The notes: a model not told the origin generated them from the letters alone. A stretch of 64,000 nt of DNA from Vicugna vicugna (GCA_013265495.1 MU058883.1:614596-678595), one strand, 5' to 3'; shown: positions 1 to 12,430, counted from the first letter of the stretch. Numbers and translations are program-made.

Positions 1-7
1 ATTTTAG

Positions 8-94
8 AACAAACTCACAATGTTGGACATTGCATCGAATAGAATCAAAAAGATTGAAAACGTCAGCCACCTCACAGAGCTGCAGGAGTTCTGG
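8..94 (+). CDS. PPP1R7: PPP1R7 (sds22) penultimate coding exon (human exon 9 equivalent)
   Basis: ttttag acceptor at 2-7 and gtgagt donor at 95. 87 nt, phase 0, translating NKLTMLDIASNRIKKIENVSHLTELQEFW, the sds22 leucine-rich repeat. Confidence 0.96.
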
Positions 95-224
95 GTGAGT
101 GGAACGCGGGGCTGCTGATGCTTCAGCTGGCTGGTCCCACCGAGTAAAATGTGTTTAAGTTGTGGGAGGGGCTCCGCCTGGAGCCCTGGCTGGAATGAGC
201 TTGCGGGTGGGTGGGCTGTTGTGG

Positions 225-354
225 GACTTCGGGGAGCTTGTTGCAGATGTGGGATCTCGGGCCCCAGCCCACCGCAGATGCAGGCAGAATCAAAATCGGC
301 TTTTTAACAAGATCCTGGATGACTGTCCTGCACACGAAAGCGTGAGAAGCCCTG
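225..354 (+). mobile_element. MER5A-like hAT-Charlie DNA transposon fragment
   Basis: tctcgggccccag...ttttaacaagatcc...gatgact...tgcac...aaag..tgagaagc resembles the recalled MER5A consensus. Confidence 0.6.
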
Positions 355-1574
355 GTCTGTATGTGCTTAGACCCTCAAACTGCCATGTGACTGGAGGGTC
401 TCCAAACCCAGCCCAGAGGCCAGTGTGTCCCGGGCACAGAAGTCCCCGCAGCATGGGAGGACGTGTTGGGTGGGCTTCCGCAGGCGCCGTGCCAGCACTG
501 GCCTCGTGCTCGTCCTGTGGTTAATGCTGCGCTTCCAGGACTGGTGTCGCAGAGCCTAGAGGAGGAGAAAGATCTGAGAAGGCTGGAGCCGCCTCTGAAG
601 GCGCATGACCCAAGCTGAGGTCCTCGCTGCCAGGACTCCCCACAGGTGTACTGGGGCACGTGCGTTGCTTGTGCCCAGCTCCGCTGCTGTGGCCCTGCAG
701 GTGATGCCGTGCACCCGCCCTGTGACTGCGGTGTGCTCTCTCTGACCTAGGGTTCCTGCCGAGGGTAAGGCGTCCTCCTCCTCGTCCAGCTGCGCCTCTG
801 GCCCTGCTCATGTCCTGTGTGTGTTCCTGGGCTCGCCTTGAGAGCTCACCCAAGTTTCCCTAGAGCACAGGTGGCCTGCTGTGAAGATGCCCTTGCCCCG
901 CATTAACAGCACTGGGTCTCGGGTGCTGTCGGGCTGTGATGCAGAGCAAGTCTGGGAAGACCAGAACCAGCCCTTGGAAGGCGAGGAGAGACAAGCGAGC
1001 CACCCTAGCCGAGGGTGTGGTGTGCAGCCCACTCGCGAGGACGGGGTGGCTGGGTCAGCAGGTGGGGTTGGAGTAAAGGGGTTTGGCCCTGAGGAAGCTG
1101 AGAAACCACAGGAGAATAAGGAGGCAGAGACAGAGGGCCTGGGCGAGAAGGAAGGTATGTCTGGGAGAACTTGGGGAGCAGTTTGGGAGGCAGTGGTTCT
1201 GAATGCGTGGCTCTGTCTGTGCCCAGTGGAGCGTGGGACCTGGGTCTGGGACTGTACAAGGCATCCTGGCCATCCGGGGCAGGAAGGCTGGCAGCCCACC
1301 CTGGGACACCCAGAGGAATCCCGCGTCTCTGGCCACCGCAGACAGCAGAGCGGGCAGTTTGCACAGTGCTTTGTGGTGTCCAGGCTGGTTGCCTTCTGGT
1401 CTGATGGTCACAACAGTTACCCCATTTCACAGCCGAGGGGTGAATTCCAGTGGGGAGGCCACTGGCCGGGAACATCCCAGCTCTGCCCTGTGCTCATACC
1501 CATGGGGGAGATGTTCTCAGCCACCAGCTGGCCTCTGAAGGAGGAGCAGGAGACCTGTCTCCATGAATCTCTAA

Positions 1575-3350
1575 TGGCCCCAGTCCTGCACCTAACTGAT
1601 TTTCTGTCTGTTCTACCGAACAGTGAGGGAAGAACGTTGAAATCTCTGAACCATGACTGGACTTGTCTGTTCCTCCAGCCCCCTCAAGTTTTGCTTCTTG
1701 TAAAGAAAGGTTTCTGTTAGGGGCACGTGTGCACGTGCGTTGGGGATTGTAGCGTCTCCTTGAGGGACTGCCTTTATCATGTGCAATGTCCCTGTTACTG
1801 TCCTGTCCCCTTGTCCCAGCGATCCACCTGTGTGCTGTGGATGCAGCATCTGTCCGAGTCCTGTTTTCAGGGATGCCTTTCTCCATCCATTTACTCTTCA
1901 CCTGTGTCTTTAAAATAATTAAAATGTGTTTCCTCTGTTGGGTTTTGCCTTTTTATCCCGTCGCACAATCTCTGTCTTCTAAGTTGAGAATTTGCTTACA
2001 TTTAATGCAACTGCATTTGGTTGCATTTCGTGTTAACGGTTGAGTTTTGAGTTGAGTTCACTGTCTTTCGATGTATTTCTCTTTTATTGGGCCCGTCTAT
2101 TTTTGCTTTATTTTTCTTTTTTCCTGCCTGCCTTTTAGATAGGGGGGGAAAACTTTTTGTGTTGTATTTTATCTCCACTGACGACATACTTGCTTATACT
2201 TCTGTATTTTGTTTGTTCAGTGGTTACTCTAGGAATTGCAAAACGCGTTTTTAATTTACCACAATCTGTCTTCAAATGACATTGAATACTTCACATACAA
2301 CGCAGGGCCCTCACCACGGGGAACCTCCGCTGCTCCGTCCAGTGGCCGCCGATCTGTTTTACTTTTAAATACGTTGTAAATCCCACGATACATTATGTCA
2401 AGCGACTTTTAAAGGAATTTTGAAACAAGACACCTACTCACTTGACCACCTCTGACGCTCTTCCTTCTTTTGTGTACTTTCCACCTGGCGTTTCCTCTCT
2501 ACCTGAAGAGTTCTAACTTTTTTGTGCGCAGCCTGCTGTAAACCGATCCCTTCAGCTTCGGCTTGTCTGGAAAAGCCTCTGCGGTGCCCGGTTGCTGAAG
2601 GGCGGGGCCGCAGCCCGGCGCGGCCGCCCCGCCACCTCCCCGCCCCCCGGCCACTCTCTTCTGCTGGGGGGGTCGTGCTCTTTCCCTCCGGCCGCGCTTT
2701 ACGTGTTCTTTCCGTCACTGTTACTTTCTGCAGCTTGAGCGTGATGTGCTAGTTCTCGCGTTCAGCGGCGCTTTTTGGATCTGTGAATTTACAGTTTTCA
2801 TCAAAGGCAGAAAACTTTCGGAAGTTATTATTTATTAAATGCAAAGAGAAAAATTATTTCCTGGAAGATTTTTACGCTCTCCTTCCCCGTTTCCTTCTGA
2901 AAATCCAGTTACACCTGTGTGTTCTACGGGTTGGCAGTCGGATCGCTGAGGCTCCGCCCGCCCCCGCTGCTGGCCCCTGTGCCTGCGTCTGCGTGGTTCT
3001 GTCCCTCTGGCTCCGGGCCGTGACCGCCGCCGCCGCGGTGCCCGTCCACCGTTAGGCCCACGGAGTCAGGCTTTTATCTCAGATGTGCTTTTCCACTCTG
3101 AGGGAGCATTTGGTTCATCTTTGTAAATCCTCTTCCTTTCCTCGTGTTCCCTCGTCCTCCCTCCCTCCCGTGGGCGGACAGGCTTTCTTAGACGCTGAGC
3201 ATTGTGATGTTGGATTATTGAGCGTCTGGATTGTTGCTGCTTTCCTTTGAAGTGTGCTGGACTTTTTGTCTGGCAGACAGTTAAGTCCCTGCTCGATGCT
3301 CCTGAGGCTACGAAAGCTCTCCTGATCTTTTCACAGTGAGTCTGAGTGGC
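1575..3350 (-). mobile_element. Old L1 (L1M-type) relic covering ORF1, spacer and ORF2 5' end, antisense to PPP1R7
   Basis: Blocks such as gttgaaatctctgaaccatgactggacttgtctg, cccttcagcttcggcttgtctggaaaagcc and tctgtcttcaaatgacattgaatacttcacatac are typical antisense old-L1 sequence. Boundaries are approximate. Confidence 0.65.
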
Positions 3351-6300
3351 CTGTCCCCTCGGGCCGGGCTGCCCTGCTTCCAGGCCGTGACCCTTCTCGG
3401 GACTGTGTGGACGCCCAGGCGTTCCCCAGGGCTCTCCACACTGGTGGTGAGAAAACAGACACAGCACGCCCTGCCTGGGCACGCGGCTTCTGGGCCACTG
3501 CTCTTTGGCCCGTTTCACTTGCCTCCAGAAATTCCAGCTACTCTGCCTCCCCCACCTACAGCCACCCCTGGACTCAGCGTGGCCCCCAGGCTGTGCTTGG
3601 ATCCCTCCCTGTGTTCCAGAAAGTGCCTCCAGGCAGAGGCCAGGGTGAGCACAGAGCACGGCCATCGGTGTCCCTCCCCTCGGGCACTGTCCTGGGTTGC
3701 CTGTCATCCAGTGTACGAAGACAGTTGTCTCATATACAGTGTCCTGTTCTAGAGTGTAACCAAAAGGGCAAGTCCAGCCCCAGTCACTCGTCACGGCCTG
3801 TCTGTGACTCTCGCCTCTGTGGAGTATAAGCTCCACCTCACCAGTCGTGTGGTCGTGCCTGACACAGACCTGGTTGAACGGGGGAAGGACGTAGGAGGCA
3901 TGGCGGGGCAGTTGGGAGCACGTGGAGAAACGTGCCTGCAGAGACACCAGATGAGGCCAACGTCCTTGTCTTGATGGCGGCCCCACCATGGCATCTCACA
4001 GTGGAGGACAGAGGGCGTGAGCTGGCAGCCACGAGGGTGCAGTGACAGTGCTTGTAGCTACAGGAAACACTGCTTACCTCATTAATTTTTTTTTAAATGC
4101 ACTGAAACAGATGTGATGTTGCTGCCCCCAACACCTCAGGTGTCCCACCGACATCCCCACAGCCACACGTGGGGACGGAGAAAGCGCCACCTTGAAGCCT
4201 CCGCAGGACCAGGCGCTCTGCAGAAGGACGCTTCTTAATGGAGGACAACAGGACCCGGACACGCGGCAGTGTGGTGTCCCCGAGTCTGGCAGCAGGGCAG
4301 CTCCAGGTGTGCACAGAAGCAGGGGGACGCAGCCCGTCCCAAGGGGGAATGGCGTCAGGAGAAGCCAAGGTGAACGATGGCCCCCCACCCCCAGGTCCTG
4401 GCACTCCCACTGTGGGTTCCGCTCCCCGCGCACGTGCCGGCCTCAGTGACTCGTCCTTGACAGGCCGGATGCGGCAGCAGGGACAGGAGTCCACCTCTGC
4501 GGGGGTCCTGGAAAGACTGGCTGTGCCCAGGGGGCCCTCTCCTGCTCTCTCTCGAACCCTCAGCCTTATGTGAAGTAACAGGCACCTCCTTCGCTGCCAG
4601 CAACATACAAGGCACACACCCCCTTTGTCGGGGCGGTTTTATTGTATGAGATGCATCTTGAGAATTCTTCCACAACTCTGCTCTGCTTAAAATATTACTG
4701 AACTTGAGAGGAGTAGATGTAAAAATTCTATGTAAATATCTGCCAAAAACCCCCAAACACTGTAGTGGGAGGTACACACTCCTGTGAAGTTTGGGTTTTG
4801 AACCATGAGACAGTCTGCCGGGAACACCCCATCCAGGGCAACGTTCTGACAGAGACCCAGCAGCTGATTCAGGCGGGGGCCACTGAAGAGCAGCGTGTTT
4901 GCACAGGTACCAGGTGCCACCCCGCCGAGAACTTGCTGATTGCAAAGGGGAAGTGTGCTCCCCAGAGTCACCCAGGGTCACAGCTTGTCCACGGATCCAG
5001 CTTGTCGTCCCTGACAGTGGGGCAGCCTAATGCCACGTCCTCTGATGTGGTTCGTCTGTGAAGCATCCCTGCCAAAAATGCTTAATCTGATCTAACCAGG
5101 CATTGAGACCTGACTCCAGTTTATGAGAGGCACAGGGACCAGAGGGACAAGCTTGGGGACAGCCAGGAGACAGGCAGACAGGTCCAGAATGAGGACTGCT
5201 CTGCGTTTCTTTAAAAGTCAGTTTCATTTAACAGGAAAAAAACTGAGAAGGAGGTGGGGAAGGGCCTGGACTAGAAGAAAATAAAAGTTGTACCTTCTGG
5301 GGAGAGATTCTGGAAGAAGCCAGACATCTCTGGAAGGTCGCTCCCCAACGCCGTGCTCGTTGTGAAGAACTTAGACAAACAAAGGCCACTCTTTTCCCCC
5401 AGTGCGGATTCCGGAGATTCTGGAATCTCTGTGGAGATGACACCGGTGAAGGGTTTCGAGTTCCATTTTGGAAAAACACAAGAATAAGCGTCTGCAGAGC
5501 TCTGTGTTGGACACATCCTTTACAGCTGCCGTCAGTGGTGAGGGACGTGCCCAGGGCCACCTCTGCCGGCCAGACTGCGGCACGTCCTGGAGTTTGCAGG
5601 GACAGCCACCACAGGGGGCGGCTGGGACGCGGACGCGGGGAGCATCATGACGTGCAGCAGGGAGCACACAGTGTGTGGCGGGGACCCGAGACTGGAGGAG
5701 GAAGGGGCGGCGCCGGCCGCGAGCCCGGGGCAGCCACCGCAACACTGCAGAGCTGTGCTTCTCCCAAGCAATGTGACGTCGCTGCTTTCGCTGAAGGAGT
5801 ACGCGCTGTGGGTGCTTCGAGGCAACGGTGTCTAAGGGACACGGCCTTTTTAGTGACCCCACAGCGGGGGGTCTTCCTGTAACCGCCCTGCTGCCACCAC
5901 AGCCATGTGGACAGGCCCTCCCGCGGCTCTGGCTTCACACACGGCACCTTGGCCGCAGGGACAGCTCGCGTCGTCCAGATCTGTGATAGATTCACGCTTG
6001 CCAGAAAAGTAACGTTTGAGGGTTTGTCCTGAAGGAGCTGTCCCCACTCCAGAGGCGGCGCCAGGGGAGCTGCCTGGGGTCAGGTCCCTTAAGTCTCCAC
6101 CCTCAGAAGCAGGCTCAGGCCGTCCTCAAGGAAAGCACACTGGACCCACGTGAAGCCCTGCAAAAGGGGCCAGCCTGGGAGGCCTTGCGCCCTTTGTCCT
6201 CTGGGAGAGCCATCGCCTGCAGTAAGTTGTGAACAACAGTCTGGCTGTGACAGTGGACCTTGTACCAGACCAGGCCCCACCATAAACACAGAGGCGAGGC

Positions 6301-6699
6301 GGCTCTCCTCAGGCAGAGATAGCAGGCAGGTCCTGAGAACAGGGAAGCTCAGAGGGAGCCCCGCTCTCTGCCTTGAAGCAGTTTCGGAATGAGCAGCTCT
6401 GGAGCTGAAGAAGCAGAGGCCGGAGTTTACGGCAGCTGGAGTCGGGACAAGCTGCAGAGAGCTGTGCAAAAGGGCCCTGGAGCCCCACGGCCAGGGATTG
6501 CCTGTCACTGTGGCCGAAGGCTGGGCAGTCTGGGCACAAGACCACCGGCTCAAGGCAGGGAGCAGAGCTGGGGCACAGTGGAGCCCATCCCTGCCCGGGT
6601 AGGGATCTCACATCCTTGGTGTCTGGCTGCCCCAGCAGTCTGTGGGCCACGGGCTCAGATGCAGCCCCTCTGAGCCCACGCTCATAAAGCCCCCAGACG

Positions 6700-6769
6700 G
6701 GCTCCAGCAGAGTCTCCAGGGGAGACCGAGTTTGGCTCCAGCAGAGTCTCCAGGGGAGGCCGAGTTTGG
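6700..6769. repeat. 34-bp tandem duplication (2 copies, 1 mismatch)
   Basis: ggctccagcagagtctccaggggag(a/g)ccgagttt starts at 6700 and 6734. Confidence 0.9.
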
Positions 6770-7559
6770 AGTTAGGGCCCGGACCTCCTGGAGACCCGCC
6801 CTGATGAAGCCTGAGACCAGGCCTGTGTCACTGGAAGGAGCTCAGGGGTAAGCGAGTTTCGTCCACGGCTGCCGGCCTCTCCCCTAGCCCCGGCCTCGCT
6901 CTGCCGCATGGCACCATCAGGGCCATCTTCCCAGCTACCCGCCCCATGACCCCTCACCTATAGAGAAGCCACGACTCCTTCCAGCACAGCTGGACGCCCA
7001 CCCCCTCCAGTGCCCATCTCACCCGGCCGGCCCCAGGAGCCACCTCCAGCAACCCGACCCCATCAGGACCTGCCCCCCTACCGCCCCCGTCTGCTGCCTT
7101 CTCGCTGCCCGCCCTCCTCCCCTCCCTTAGGTCCCGGACCCTGTGGTCATCACTGCCCACCCCGCCCCGTCACACTCACCCAGACGCTGCACACGGCAGT
7201 AACGGGACAGAGGGCGCTGATAGGCTCGTCCTGAACATGCTGACTTCAGTGCTGCCCCGGGGCTCCCCACTGCCAGAGGTCAGCGGGCGCCTGTCCACCT
7301 CTCTCCCCGGGTTGGTCTCCTCTGTCCTCATGACTCCCCTCAGCCGACATTCTTGCTGAAGTGGGTGCCCCACATTCGCAGCCCCTGTCTGCACCCTCCC
7401 GCCACCACAGGCGGAGGGTCCTCTGAGCCAGCCCCCTGTGTCCGAGCCCTCCCTCCCCACCCACCACCACCTGCTCCCACAGGTGTCCTGCCTGGCTGTC
7501 CCCTCACCACCACCCTCTTTCCTGGACCCCCCGTAGTCAGGCGCTCTCCCACAGGGACC

Positions 7560-8480
7560 CGTTTGAGGGTCTCTCCGCCAGTGGAGACAAGGCTGGGTCA
7601 GTGTCCCCGCCACCCCATCTTACTTCCCAGTGGACCCTTGACCACTGCTCTCCCTGAGGCCCTCCTCCCTTGGCCCGCAGGGTGTCACTCTCACCATCTG
7701 TCACCCAGTCACCCCCGGCCATCTTTGCTGACCGTCCTGGGTTGGGGCATAGCCTGGGGTTCGATCTGGGGACTTTTCCCCTCTTCTCTCTCCTCACAAG
7801 CCTGTCCAGTCGTGTGACTCTGGCTACCACATACGTGCGCACAGCACCCACATCTGTGTGGACCCCAGTGTCTGTCCTGGACCCAGACTCGCGAGTCCAG
7901 CTGCACACGCCACGTGGGCAGTGCTGGGCGCCCGCCTGCCCCCAAAGCATGAGGCATCCAGACCTGACCGTGCGACTTCAGTCCCCGAGCTCTCCTCCAT
8001 TTTGCTCAAGCTCAGTCAGCGTTCACTCTTGTCTCAAAGTCTTTGGGTCAGAAATCTTGGAATCTTCCTTTATCTCTCCCTTCTCTTATGCACCACATCC
8101 AGTGCGGCGTCTTAACTCTACCTTCAAGATCGATCCAGAGTCCAGCACTTTCTCAGCTCTGCTGCTCCCAGCTTGGTCCCAGCTTCCGGCCTCCATCACC
8201 TGCGCGGGAAAGCAGCCACCTAATCCGCAGGCCTGCAGCCCACTCTCCGCGGGAGGGAGTGGGCCTCCCAAAATGTCCAGCCTGCCCAGGGCTCCTGTCC
8301 CACTGAGGACTCAAGTCCCCAGAGTCCCCACGATCTGCCCCGTCCTGTCCCTCCACTCCTGTCCCCCCTGCACCGCCTTCCCCACTGAGCCCCCCTCACA
8401 CAGAACAGAGCCCGTTCGTAGCAGGTTGTCGGGCCCTCATGCAGCGAGTCAGCATCAGAGAAGTCACTGTCCCAGTGTGT
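7560..8480 (+). mobile_element. L2 LINE relic (ORF2 3' part)
   Basis: ccacatccagtgcggcgtcttaactctaccttcaagatcgatccagagtccagcactttctcagc resembles the L2 3' consensus. Boundaries are approximate. Confidence 0.6.
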
Positions 8481-9637
8481 TTCAGGCCCAAAGGCGACGC
8501 AGCAGCCCAGGCGCCATGTGGACCGATGTCGTCTTAGAGCAGTGAAATCCAGGGTCCTTTTACGAGGCAGCCCAGTGCCTGTCCAGCAATCGGGCCCCCA
8601 CACAGCCCCCAATGTGGACCGCTCCCGTCAGATCTTCTCCGGGTGGAGCTGGAGCCTGGCATCTCCTACAGGATGATTCCTAGAGCAGAGCCGGGTGGGG
8701 GTTCAGGCCAGCACCCCGCCCTCCACAGCAGTGATGCGGGAGCCCACGCTGCCCCCTCTCTGCCCCACACCGCGCCCACAGCGCCATGTGGCACGGGGTC
8801 AGCCACACAAGCCGGCAGGCGTCTCGGCTTTTCTGGGAGCCTGGAGCCATGGGTGACCCCCCCACCCCACCTCCCATGCACCGCCGAGCCCCTCCCCACC
8901 TCTCCCGCGTCCAGAGGCCGTCCTGTCTGTTCACTTGTCCCTCTGCCGTTGCTTTGGAAACTGAAAGAAACCAAGGCGGCCGTCACCCAGAGTCCCCAGC
9001 TAAGAGGCAGGAGGATCCCCTCGAAGGAGTGGCCCGAGCGTGGGTGCAGATGCCATGACGGGCGCTCTGACCAGGGCCCTTCTTGCCCTAGTCTGGACGG
9101 TGGTCTGAAGGCCAGAAGGCTCTTCATGGCCGTGGCGGGTGCCCTGGTGGGCCTTGGCAGAGCTGGGATAGGGACATATGCCCTGCCCTGAGCCCGTCCT
9201 GACCATGCATGTTCTGAACTCAGCCATCGAAGATGCTCTGCACACAGAAATGGGCAGCAGGTGTCCTGGTGGAGCAAGCCCAGAGAGGGGCCACTCGGGG
9301 CAGAGCCGTGAGCACTGGGCCGCCTGTCCTCTGGTCTGCTGACCGTGTTGTAATCAGAGCACAGAGCCTGCCTTGGGAACCAGGACTAGGAGCTGGTGTG
9401 TAGGAAGTTCAGTTGAACCTGCTTTAACACTTTGCTGGGAAGCCGGGTGGGGCTGGGATGGTATCAGCCTCTTCTCTCTGCTGCTCTGAACCTAGAACTG
9501 CCCTGCGGGGTGACGGCCGGGTTAGGGTGGCCAGGACGTTCCCAGGGTGATAAGAGGCCCCAGAGGGGCCAGGTCGGGGGCTCAGGGCTGTGTGTTCTGA
9601 AGGCTCTCCTCACACATGTGCACGTGTGTCCCCCCAG

Positions 9638-9814
9638 ATGAACGACAACCTCCTGGAGAGCTGGAGCGATCTGGACGAGCTGAAGGGCGCCAGGAACCTG
9701 GAGACGGTGTACCTGGAGCGGAACCCCCTGCAGAGGGACCCCCAGTACCGGCGGAAGGTCATGCTGGCCCTCCCCACCGTGCGGCAGATCGACGCCACCT
9801 TCGTCAGGTTCTGA
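9638..9814 (+). CDS. PPP1R7: PPP1R7 terminal coding exon (LRR cap and C-terminus)
   Basis: ccccag acceptor; MNDNLLESWSDLDELKGARNLETVYLERNPLQRDPQYRRKVMLALPTVRQIDATFVRF then TGA. Joins in phase 0 to exon 8-94. Confidence 0.97.
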   Translation: MNDNLLESWSDLDELKGARNLETVYLERNPLQRDPQYRRKVMLALPTVRQIDATFVRF

Positions 9815-9928
9815 ACCTCACCCCCCCGCCCCCACCCGCTCTTGTCAGAAGAACCTCCAGCCACGGTTTTTTAATCCAGCTGCTGCCCCTGAGGTCGTCA
9901 CTGTATCAGCAGCCACAAACCCAATGGC

Positions 9929-9934
9929 AATAAA
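9929..9934 (+). terminator. PPP1R7: PPP1R7 polyadenylation signal AATAAA
   Basis: AATAAA 115 nt after the stop, followed by a GT-rich element (ctgcctgtgtggtg). Confidence 0.8.
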
Positions 9935-10629
9935 AGGCACTGAGTGAAAACTGCCTGTGTGGTGCCGCTCACCTGGCCGCCGGTACTGCCTGCATCCCCG
10001 CGCCCCTGGTTAGCCATCCTCACCCTGGAGCCACACATCGATGCTCCCCACCCAGTGCTGTCTCCTCCTCTCACAACCCCGCTGGGAAGGGTGAGACGGC
10101 GGGGCTGGGAGCATGCTGCCCGGGAATGCTTGGGGGCCCAGGGCCTGTCAGCCGAGAGCTTTCCAGTCTAAAATGCGCCAGCTGGTGCCACAGGGTTTGA
10201 AATTTCATACTTTAAAAAACAAAGCCTCAGGTGAATACAGCTGTGCCCCTGGCACTGTCCTGAAGAGCGGGGCCACCCAGTGCCCCTGCAGTCCTCGGGG
10301 TCAGTGTCCCCGTGCAGTAGAGACGCCTCCCACACTCGCCTGCACTGTGCGCGACCCACCTGCGTCTCCCTTCACGGGCTTCTCCAGAGCCACCCTCTGG
10401 ACCACTTTAATGTCACCTTTCCGTCTTACCCCATCATCGTAGTGGCTTGTTCTTTATACACTTACATGGACAGCCACCCTGAATGTGACCAGGACTTTGT
10501 CATCTCCTAGGGTCTCAGATTTTCTCTTCTGCAGAATGAGGACCGAATCACAGGACCCCAAGGTCCCTCCTGCTTCCAAGACACTCGAGTCCAGCCCAGG
10601 ATCCCCCCAGGCTGCCTGTGGCTGCATCA

Positions 10630-10760
10630 GTTCAAAGTAAAGTCTTTACAGTGAAATTAAAAATTCAGTTTCTCAGCTGCACTTGCCACAGTGGTAGCCA
10701 CACCTCGCCAGGGGCAGCCCACGTCCATCCCCACAGACAGTCCTGCTGGTCAGTGCTGCA
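10630..10760. mobile_element. MER3/MER33-like DNA transposon fragment
   Basis: gaaattaaaaattcagtttctcagctgcacttgccaca...gtagccac...ggtcagtgctg. Confidence 0.55.
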
Positions 10761-11340
10761 CTGGACCCTGTGGCAGGCCCTGGGCAGCTGCCCCACGGCC
10801 GGGGCGCCCATCTGCCAGGGAAGCTGCGGACGCAACGGCCAGCCTGAGGGCTGGTTAGGTCACGGCCAACTTCTGACTCGGATCTTCAACAGAATTAATT
10901 TTGCGACTTGAATTATGAGCATCTGCCTATGAAAGGGAAGAGGGTCAGGTTGGGGTGGCCTGGAAAGAGCCTTTAGATCAGGAGCCTAGAATTCCACCCT
11001 CGGCCACCTGCTGTCTGAGGACAAGAGGAGGACATTTTCAGGTGCACAGGGATTCAGGATTTGAGTGCCTGTGGTGAAAAAGTTATTTGGAGGAGTCCAC
11101 CCAAACAAGAGATGAATCCAGATAAGAACTGGGAAGGGAGGGTGTTTCAGTAGCAGCACAAAAGCCAGCAGAACTTCAGTTTAAAAGAATGTACTTGACT
11201 GTCGAGCTCTTTGCAAATGTGGGACAGAGTTCCTGACGATACAGAATGTGCCCCCACAAAACGGGTCTGAGCCGCCAGGTTACTGTTTTTGTGAACCCAG
11301 AGGTAAGACAGTGGCAAGTAGAGGGAAGGACTGTGCAAGT

Positions 11341-11430
11341 TTGTTTTTTCAGTGGATGCACTGGAGGTTGAACCCAGGACCTCATGCGTGCTAAGCATGC
11401 ACTCTGCCACTGAGCTCTACCACCACCCCG
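11341..11430 (-). mobile_element. tRNA-derived SINE, camelid Vic-1-like
   Basis: Reverse complement reads gtggtagagctcagtggcagagtgcatgcttagcacgcatgaggtcctgggttcaacctccagtgcatccac plus an A-rich tail, with Pol III A and B boxes. Confidence 0.8.
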
Positions 11431-11522
11431 AAGATTCTGCAAGTTTTAACTGTGGTATAAAAGAAAGAAGTAATAGCATATAGAGTTTGTAGGAAAATAC
11501 AAGTTTAAAGCAACCACTGACA

Positions 11523-11625
11523 GGGGGAGGGCATAGCTCAGTGGACAAGCCATGCAAGATGCCTTGGGTTCAGTCCTCAGCACCGCCACTAAAATAAACA
11601 AGTAAACCTAATTTCCCCCAACTCC
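11523..11625 (+). mobile_element. tRNA-derived SINE, camelid Vic-1-like (internally deleted)
   Basis: gggggagggcatagctcagtgg...gccttgggttcagtcctcagcaccgccactaaaataaacaagtaaacctaatttcccc. Confidence 0.75.
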
Positions 11626-11829
11626 AAGAAAAGCAACTACTAGCAACAAATAAGTTATGAAACATCCAATTCACAAGTAGGGAAAAAACCCAAAGCCGCA
11701 AGCAAAGAGGGGGCACTAGAGAGAAAGGCTCGAGGAGACAGAAGTGGGCGCCACAGGTCACAATCCAGCATGTGCTCTTGAATAGACAGTTTTTAAATTA
11801 CACCAAAAAATGTGCAAGGGGTGGGAAAA

Positions 11830-12430
11830 TGTGTGCAAAATCCTAATCAAAATGCCATTTTCCGAGAAACTCATTAAACTCTGAAGAAAAAAGATCCACA
11901 TTGAACCGTGAAACGTAAAAGTTCCATCAACTTTGAAAACGAGTGGAGAAGCAATCTCCTGCCAGGCTCCCAAAGCTACAGACCCCCAGCGGAAACAGCG
12001 TGGAAAGAGCCGGGGCGGCCACAGGGCCGGGGAGCCGCGGCCTGTCCCCAGCCAGGCTGGGCGCTGCCGCACAGGCCGGGAGAGGGACACTGACCCTGCC
12101 TCACGTCGTACAGGCTGACCTGACAAGAGTCTCCGTGTGGCAGTAAAATCGAAGACCTGTAGGAGAAAGGGGGGAAAACATATCTGTGAACTGAGAGTGC
12201 AGAAGAGCTTCTTAAACCCCAGAACACGGCCTTCAGATAAGATTTTGATGGGTTGGTTGACATAAAGTGAAACTCCGTGCAGAACAAAGAACACCACGAA
12301 CAGACCACAGGCAGCGGGTTAGGCGCTATTTCAGGTTTACCACCGACAAGAGGCCTAACGCCTGCAAGGGAAGAAGGGGCGCCTGCAAATCACAGGAGAG
12401 GAGAATCCAGCACTCAGAGAAGCCAGAGGC
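11830..12430 (+). mobile_element. Old L1 ORF2 3' region relic
   Basis: gacctgtaggagaaaggg..aaaacatatctgtgaactgagagtgcagaagagcttcttaaaccccagaac...ttgacataaagtgaaactccgtgc resembles L1 ORF2. Boundaries are approximate. Confidence 0.6.

Noticed and set aside
11341-11625. tRNA genes
   Set aside because: They have tRNA-like A/B boxes but A-rich tails, an internal deletion in one copy and no complete cloverleaf, so they are tRNA-derived SINEs.
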